From contig NZ_AZUN01000001.1 in the NCBI RefSeq assembly GCF_000527095.1, forward strand, positions 1,239,209 through 1,271,208: a DNA stretch of 32,000 bases, given 5' to 3'. Under the pieces are notes generated by a model. That model did not search any database. It worked only from the letters and a program-made list of their open reading frames with translations, and was not told where the DNA came from. The position numbers and the translations under genes were made by a program. This document shows, one piece after another, positions 26,479 through 32,000 of this stretch. How positions within the stretch are numbered: position 1 is the stretch's first letter; each line of letters begins with the position of its first letter. The stretch comes from Methylomicrobium lacus LW14. Lineage in GTDB: Bacteria > Pseudomonadota > Gammaproteobacteria > Methylococcales > Methylomonadaceae.

Positions 26479-28098
26479 ATGAACACTTTAGCCTCCCCAA
26501 AAACTTATTCCCGGATCGCTTTGGCTGTCGCGGCCACCCTATCGGCAACGCAGACTTTTGCCGACGCGGTGACCGACTGGAATGAATACACCCTTCTGGC
26601 GACAAAAGGCGCAACCTCCCTTTCGGACGGAAACAAGAGCATCGCCCTCAACTCGAATGTTGCCACACGCCTTCATGCGATAGAAGCCAGGGCGGTCTTC
26701 GACGCGGTCAATGCGGTCGATCATTTTAGCCGCAAGGGCTATTACTCTCAGGAAAGCACTGCTCCCAGCGGTTTGACTGCGCATTCAGCATCGGCTGCGG
26801 CAGCGCAAGCGGCCTATGACGTACTGGTCGGCGCCTTACCAAACAATGATGCCTGGGCCGCAACCCGCCAGTGGTTGCATGATCAGTTAGAAAGCGATCT
26901 AACGGGGGTTAACGCTAGCGATCCCGGTATCGCGGCAGGACATCAGGCGGCCGCCGCCGCATTGAGCGCCAGACAGGATGACAACGCGGCGATCAGGACA
27001 ACCTATACCCCCTCGACCAATCTCTTTGTCAACGGAAGCGGCGCCGTCGCGCCGAATGCCACGGGCAATCCGGGTGTTGGATTATGGCGGCCGAGTAACG
27101 GCACAGCCGGCGACATTGATCCGATCATAGGCGCGCCTACCGGATTTGTGGAAGGCGCGATACAGCCGGCGGCGGCCATTGACTTCAATTGGAAAAACGT
27201 CACGCCGTTTAGCTTGAGTACCCTGAAAAAACAGCAACTGGTTGCGGCCGTCCCGCCTTCGCTGAAAGTCGGCAGTGCCGAATACACGCAGGAGGTGGAT
27301 TTCGTAAAGACCCACGGCCAGGATTCCGCGCATCCGGGGAACCGCAGCAGTGACCAACTGCTCCAGGCTTTATATTACAAATCGGATGCGGAAGTGTTCG
27401 TCAACGAGGCGGCAAGGACCGCCTCGGCAGCACGCAATTTAACGCTGGATCAGAACGCTAAATTGTTTGCTGCGTTGGATAACGCACTGGCCGATGCCCG
27501 CATTGCCGCCTGGCAGTCGAAATACGATCTGGTTTTCTGGCGTCCGATCACCGCGATCAACGCCGATGCCTCAGGTGCGGTAGCCGACTATATTTGGAAA
27601 CCGTTGGCGACGACGCCATCCCATCCATCCAGTACCAGCGGCCATAGCGCCACCGTCGCGGCTGGCACGGAGATACTCCGGGCATTTTTCCGTTCCGATA
27701 AAATCGTTCCGGACAATACGCCGGTGGCCTTGACCACTCTGCCTTGGCTGATTGGCACCAATAATGGTACCGGTCAGCTGCAAACTCCCATTGGCGGCCA
27801 GGACGGAACCACGCGCGATGTTTCGACATTCTCCGAGCTTCAGTTAGAAAACGGCCAGAGCCGAATTTACCTGGGCGTCCATTTCGGCATCGACAATTAT
27901 CAGGGACAAAGCCTGGGCCTGGCTGTCGCCGATGCGATTATCCACGAGCATAAAGACCCGGCGACGAAGGGTTTAGCCATCTATAAGGGGGGACCTACCG
28001 TCGCTTCGGCACGTAATTTATATTCGCTTTTGGTGAAAGACTCGGCTGACTCAGGATTCTTTGGCCGTGACGATTACGAGGGAAAGCCTGGTCATTGA
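26479..28098 (+). CDS. Secreted PAP2-superfamily protein (acid phosphatase / vanadium-dependent haloperoxidase-like)
   Basis: The signal peptide is MNTLASPKTYSRIALAVAATLSATQTFA. The three PAP2 motifs are all present: KYDLVFWRP (Kx6RP), PSSTSGHS (SGH) and SRIYLGVHFGID (SRx5Hx3D). They follow a helical N-terminal region of about 340 aa. Confidence 0.8.
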   Translation: MNTLASPKTYSRIALAVAATLSATQTFADAVTDWNEYTLLATKGATSLSDGNKSIALNSNVATRLHAIEARAVFDAVNAVDHFSRKGYYSQESTAPSGLTAHSASAAAAQAAYDVLVGALPNNDAWAATRQWLHDQLESDLTGVNASDPGIAAGHQAAAAALSARQDDNAAIRTTYTPSTNLFVNGSGAVAPNATGNPGVGLWRPSNGTAGDIDPIIGAPTGFVEGAIQPAAAIDFNWKNVTPFSLSTLKKQQLVAAVPPSLKVGSAEYTQEVDFVKTHGQDSAHPGNRSSDQLLQALYYKSDAEVFVNEAARTASAARNLTLDQNAKLFAALDNALADARIAAWQSKYDLVFWRPITAINADASGAVADYIWKPLATTPSHPSSTSGHSATVAAGTEILRAFFRSDKIVPDNTPVALTTLPWLIGTNNGTGQLQTPIGGQDGTTRDVSTFSELQLENGQSRIYLGVHFGIDNYQGQSLGLAVADAIIHEHKDPATKGLAIYKGGPTVASARNLYSLLVKDSADSGFFGRDDYEGKPGH

Positions 28099-28118
28099 TG
28101 TTGTCTCTAAAAAGTGGC

Positions 28119-28160
28119 GTCTCCCTGTTAGTCAACATGGACTAACAGGGAGACCTTTTC
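28119..28160 (+). terminator. Rho-independent terminator
   Basis: GTCTCCCTGTTAGTC, AACATG loop, GACTAACAGGGAGAC form a perfect 15-bp stem, followed by CTTTTC. Confidence 0.8.
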
Positions 28161-28224
28161 AATCTATTTGCCTTCTTGTCGGCGCCCCTCCCCGCTTCGC
28201 TCCCATGCGATTGCAAAATAGTGT

Positions 28225-28253
28225 TTGACATCGTGAAATAATAAGCAGATACT
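28225..28253 (+). promoter_or_regulatory. Sigma70-type promoter of the second csp gene
   Basis: TTGACA (28225..28230), a 17-bp spacer, then GATACT (28248..28253). Confidence 0.6.
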
Positions 28254-28254
28254 A

Positions 28255-28410
28255 GCCCCAGCTTGAAAAGAAGATTTACCCTCTGTTTACCATTTCGACG
28301 TTTCTCTCGTAGTTTCTCGTACTGTTTTTCATTTAGTAAGTTCCAATTTTACCAGCTAGACCCAGCCTTATTAAGGCTTAAAATCAATATCTATTTATAC
28401 AGGACTTACT
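28255..28410 (+). promoter_or_regulatory. Long conserved 5' leader of the second csp mRNA
   Basis: Paralogous to 22003..22153, with the same 41-nt block and the conserved hairpin GCCTT-ATT-AAGGC. Confidence 0.55.
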
Positions 28411-28626
28411 ATGTCTACAATTACTACTGGCACCGTCAAATGGTTTAACTCTGAAAAAGGCTTCGGTTTCATCGAACAAAGTTCAGGCCCCGATGTTTTC
28501 GTTCACTTCAGAAGCATCGTCAATGCAGGCGGCTACAAAAGCCTGGATGAAGGCCAAAAAGTTGAATTTACCGTTACCCGCGGCCCTAAAGGCCCGCAAG
28601 CGGAAAACGTAAAAGTCCTCAACTAA
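28411..28626 (+). CDS. Cold-shock protein, CspA family (paralog)
   Basis: 71 aa, [33 protein letters not shown], with the same RNP1 and RNP2 motifs. Confidence 0.97.
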   Translation: MSTITTGTVKWFNSEKGFGFIEQSSGPDVFVHFRSIVNAGGYKSLDEGQKVEFTVTRGPKGPQAENVKVLN

Positions 28627-28638
28627 TTGACTTTACGA

Positions 28639-28671
28639 TCTGCGGCCGCAAATGCGGTCGCAGACTGTTTT
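28639..28671 (+). terminator. Rho-independent terminator of the second csp gene
   Basis: TCTGCGGCCGC, AAAT loop, GCGGTCGCAGA (one G:U), followed by CTGTTTT. Confidence 0.65.
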
Positions 28672-28865
28672 CCAAGCCTAATAAAATCCTGCCATAAATT
28701 ATGGTTGATTTTTGTCAACTCATCCCGAGAACTAAGACTTTTACTCATCAAGCTTGCCTACCCGGCCGATACCGCCGTTAGGTCATAACCCTCCCTTAGT
28801 GGATTGTCCTTCGGCGAATCCAGCTTTCGAGTCAGCTCCGCGATAAATTCGAGCACAGACCCGCC

Positions 28866-29888
28866 TTACTGCAACCTATGTAATGACAATTCCTGACACA
28901 ATCCCCGATGCCTCAATTCCTCGCGCATCTCTTCAAGCCGCCGGGTACCGGCGCAGTTTTCGCTCGACCGGAAGCTGAGTATCATCAGCAACCGCGTAGG
29001 CGAGCATCTGGACACCAAAAAATTCAGCAAATCCAGGGTGAACTCGTCGCTCCAGTGCGAATTATCCAGGATCAGGATTAAAGGCTGATCGCTCCCCAGT
29101 TTTTCAAAGAAATCGGCTCCTTCGCGCAACATGCGACCGGTACTGAGCTGCGAAACTTTCGGCTGCAGTGCGGCGATTTCCTCTGGCTCAAGCATATTCA
29201 ACATTTGATAAAGCCAGGTTGGCGCAACCCGATGCAGGGATTCGATCATCCGCTTGCCAGAAGGCTCCTGACACCGACGCTCCAAGGCTTCCAACAAGGG
29301 CAGAAAGGGTTCTGCGGCTCCGCCTAATTGCACGCAACGGGCACGAAGCATGGTCAGCTCGGAACGACTGATTTTGGCCAGAAACCGCTCAAGTAAAGCC
29401 GTTTTACCTATCCCCCTGTCGCCATTCAAAAAAACTAGGCGCCTGTTGCCGACGGCGGCTTGTTCAAACGCTTCGAGCAACTGCTCCAATGCGGCATCAT
29501 ATTGCCATCCGGTATCGGAATATTCGGTTTTTGACTGGTCGGGCAGACTCTTCGTTTGAACTGTGCTGACGTTCGCGACTTCAGGGAGAAAACGATAGCC
29601 GCGTTTGCAAACGGTCAAGATATAACTCGGCGTTTTGCTATCGTCGAGCAAGGCCTTGCGCAAGGCGTTAACGGCCTGCCGCAAGGACGCATCCTCGACA
29701 ACCATACCGCGCCACACCCCCTCGAAAAGCTCCTCCCTGGAAATCAGGCGCCCCGGATGCTGCAAAAAATACAGCAATAAACGGTAAACCTTAGGCTGTA
29801 AACGTACGTTCTCGCCTTCATGGTACAGGAACTGGGTTCTTGTTTCCAGGCGAAACGGCCCGAATGCGTAAGTAACATTCTGTTCCAT
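28866..29888 (-). CDS. OmpR/PhoB-type winged-helix DNA-binding domain fused to a P-loop NTPase domain; apparently a 3'-truncated remnant
   Basis: ATG 29888 follows GAGGG. The winged-helix region is YAFGPFRLETRTQFLYHEGENVRLQPKVYRLLLYFLQHPGRLISREELFEGVW...CKRGYRFL. Walker A is LNGDRGIGKTAL and Walker B-like is LILILDNSHW. It ends at a TAA, after which the same frame continues for 35 plausible codons. Confidence 0.7.
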   Translation of the reverse strand: MEQNVTYAFGPFRLETRTQFLYHEGENVRLQPKVYRLLLYFLQHPGRLISREELFEGVWRGMVVEDASLRQAVNALRKALLDDSKTPSYILTVCKRGYRFLPEVANVSTVQTKSLPDQSKTEYSDTGWQYDAALEQLLEAFEQAAVGNRRLVFLNGDRGIGKTALLERFLAKISRSELTMLRARCVQLGGAAEPFLPLLEALERRCQEPSGKRMIESLHRVAPTWLYQMLNMLEPEEIAALQPKVSQLSTGRMLREGADFFEKLGSDQPLILILDNSHWSDEFTLDLLNFLVSRCSPTRLLMILSFRSSENCAGTRRLEEMREELRHRGLCQELSLHRLQ

Positions 29889-30432
29889 ATGAAAAACCCT
29901 CAAAATTATTATTTGTGTTATGGAGGGAGTGCTAACAAACCCATCACAGTTTGCTCACAACTTTAACCGGCCGTGCCAGTATACTAAGAAAAAGATTAAG
30001 CTAACATTGTTCGAGAGGGCCAAGGCTTAGGTTTTATGCCGCGAAAAATCGAAGCTGCAAATTGCCCCCCATTGGCCGGTTCAGCCGAACTGATACCGCT
30101 CACTTTCGCTAATTGCCCGGTCGCCAGCACGAATTCCCCACCCGCTAAAGCCCCCGGACTTATTCTAAATAATCACCTAAAAGCCCCTCTCTCGTCTTCG
30201 TTTTCCCCTCCTCGGCAAACCACAGTCGAAAAATTAACAGCAGCTGAGTTCGCCAACGCACAGATCATTCTTTAATCTCGCGACTATCATCTAGTCCTGG
30301 TGTAAGTCGACAGCGCCCAGACTCCAGATATTTGCGAGCCATCCTGCGTGTTATTGATACGGGATCAGGCGCCTGCAGCTGCCTATGCGCCTTCGCCGAA
30401 CTACTGTCCTGTTTCCGAATTGGGAGTCCGCC

Positions 30433-31344
30433 ATGCACTTTATTACGATGCCACGCTTCATTCCCCTTGGATTTACTCTGCTGTTAGCCTTTTGCCTTAT
30501 GCGCAGTAGCCAGGCCCAGGAACACGGTTTCTCCCCCATCGACGCCCCCGGCGCGACCGCCACGCTAGCAATCGGGATCAGCCCCAAAGGCGACATCGTA
30601 GGCTATTACTTGGACAGCAGCCCGCCCAATTCTCATGGTTTTCTGCTCAGCAAAGGCAAGTTCGCCCCCATCGACTTCCCCGGTGCGGTCTCCACGTTTG
30701 CAACGGGCATCAACCTAACAGGGGATATCGTCGGTCATTACCTGGACATCGGCAGCCGCTTCCACGGTTTTCGACTGAGCAAAGGCGAGTTCACCCCCGT
30801 CGACGTTCCCGGCTCAACCTTCACGTTTGCCAATGGGATCAATCCCAGGGGCGATATCGTAGGCCAGTACCAGGACGGTTACCCTCCTTTTAAGACTCAC
30901 GGTTTTCTGCTGCGCAAAGGCGAGTTTACTACCCTCGATTTCCTCGGGTCGGCCTCCACGTTGGCGAATGGAATCAATGCCAAAGGCGAAATCGTAGGCC
31001 AGTACCAGGACAACAGCCCCGCTTCCAATACGCACGGATTTCTACTGAGCAAAAACGTTTTCCGCACCATCGGCGTCCCCGAAGCCCCGTTGACCGCCGC
31101 TCGCGGAATCAATTCGCGCGGTGAAATCGTAGGCCATTCTACGGACACCAATGGCAATCAGGCCGGTTTTCTGCAGAACAAAAGCAATTTTACTGCCATC
31201 CAGGTACCCGGTGCCGTGCTGCAAGGGGCCGTGGGAACGGTAGCGACAGGACTCAATCCGCGCGGTGACATCGTGGGATACTACGAAGACAGCGCAGGCA
31301 ATCTGCACGGTTTTCTAACGAGCAAAAAACTGATCGAACCCTGA
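30433..31344 (+). CDS. Secreted repeat protein, HAF-like extracellular repeats (predicted six-blade beta-propeller)
   Basis: ATG 30433 follows GGGAG. The signal peptide ends at SSQAQE. Six units of about 44 aa follow the pattern HGFLLSKGxFTxIDxPGAxxTxAxGINxxGDIVGxYxD, plus a terminal half-unit HGFLTSKK. Confidence 0.75.
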   Translation: MHFITMPRFIPLGFTLLLAFCLMRSSQAQEHGFSPIDAPGATATLAIGISPKGDIVGYYLDSSPPNSHGFLLSKGKFAPIDFPGAVSTFATGINLTGDIVGHYLDIGSRFHGFRLSKGEFTPVDVPGSTFTFANGINPRGDIVGQYQDGYPPFKTHGFLLRKGEFTTLDFLGSASTLANGINAKGEIVGQYQDNSPASNTHGFLLSKNVFRTIGVPEAPLTAARGINSRGEIVGHSTDTNGNQAGFLQNKSNFTAIQVPGAVLQGAVGTVATGLNPRGDIVGYYEDSAGNLHGFLTSKKLIEP

Positions 31345-31566
31345 CCTAGCAAGCGCCTACGTCATAGCCATGCGAAAGCGGGGAAAAGCCGAGGACAGAA
31401 TTCACTCGAATCCGTTAGCCGTCATTGAGGCAACTCACAGCCCAAAAATCGGCTTGGATAATAAATAAAAACCTATGAATACAGGCGGAGGGAATATGAA
31501 GTGAACAAATTAAAACTATATGAGAAATAGGCAAAGTGACATACAAATTTACATGAGGATTTAGCC

Positions 31567-32000
31567 ATGAAAAAAAAGACAATCTTATCTGTGCTGAGTG
31601 TGATCGCGGCGACTGCCATGGCGCAGCCGGCATTTTCCGAAGCAATTTGGACATCGCTCGAGGACGGCAGCGAGGTAAACTTCAACATTTACGCTAGCAA
31701 AGAACTTGTTTACCTAAACGGCGGGCCAGGCAAGGGCGCCGGTACTAACGCTAAGGGCTTAGACAAGGGGACCTACGTCTTTATGGTCACGGATCCTTCA
31801 GGAAAGACCCTGTTGTCAACGGATCCTGCTTCATGCCGTCGGGTTACAGTAGACGGCGGTGTTTTCACAGGTGTTGTGGCGACTGGCGGGTGCGAGCACA
31901 AGGTTCCTCCCGTCCCCCTCCCCGGAGGTAGCGTCCCCGTCCAGCTCCTCCCCTATGAGGACACCCCCAATAATGGCGGCGAATACAAGGCCTGGTTGAC
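31567..32000 (+). CDS. Secreted hypothetical protein, N-terminal 144 codons (continues past the window end)
   Basis: Absent from the ORF track because it has no stop in the window. ATG 31567 follows GAGGA. My translation reads MKKKTILSVLSVIAATAMAQPAFSEAIWTSLEDGSEVNFNIYASKELVYLNGGPGKG...TYVFMVTDPSGKTLLSTDPASCRRVTVDGGVF..., with a clear signal peptide. I recognise no family. Confidence 0.6.
   Translation, partial: MKKKTILSVLSVIAATAMAQPAFSEAIWTSLEDGSEVNFNIYASKELVYLNGGPGKGAGTNAKGLDKGTYVFMVTDPSGKTLLSTDPASCRRVTVDGGVFTGVVATGGCEHKVPPVPLPGGSVPVQLLPYEDTPNNGGEYKAWL

Noticed and set aside
30036-30275. 79-aa + ORF in the regulator-propeller intergenic region
   Set aside because: It has Pro/Ala/Ser-rich low-complexity translation, no ribosome-binding site and no motif. 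I treat it as non-coding.

Overview
This is a bacterial chromosomal window of moderate GC content. The dnaB-alr synteny looks gammaproteobacterial; I cannot name the organism from the sequence alone. Most of the window is housekeeping or envelope and redox genes. These are a partial Cu(I) P-type ATPase, two convergent TMEM175/DUF1211 channel paralogs, a DsbA-like protein, ssb, dnaB, alr, a class V aminotransferase, a secreted helical-repeat protein, two cspA-type cold-shock genes with a shared long leader, a glutaredoxin-membrane fusion, cysK, serA, a secreted PAP2/vanadium-haloperoxidase-like protein, a winged-helix/P-loop regulator remnant and a six-blade HAF-like repeat protein. The accessory part runs from about 4.8 kb to 16.1 kb. 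It starts with an intact 2406-bp IS66-family element (tnpA, tnpB, tnpC, imperfect terminal inverted repeats, 8-bp target duplication) that splits a glutathione S-transferase gene. Next come a small GIY-YIG nuclease gene and three copies of a structured palindromic element. Last is a complete type I restriction-modification system (hsdM, hsdS, hsdR) with a vapBC-type toxin-antitoxin pair wedged between hsdS and hsdR on the opposite strand. I saw no rRNA, tRNA or CRISPR array by eye. I cannot show that a new multi-gene system is present. The least explained signal is the hairpin element family around the GIY-YIG gene: it shows compensatory stem changes, a strand-specific G:U wobble, and outer stems that are unrelated between copies but complementary within each copy. 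All family assignments come from motifs I read in the translations. No database search was run.
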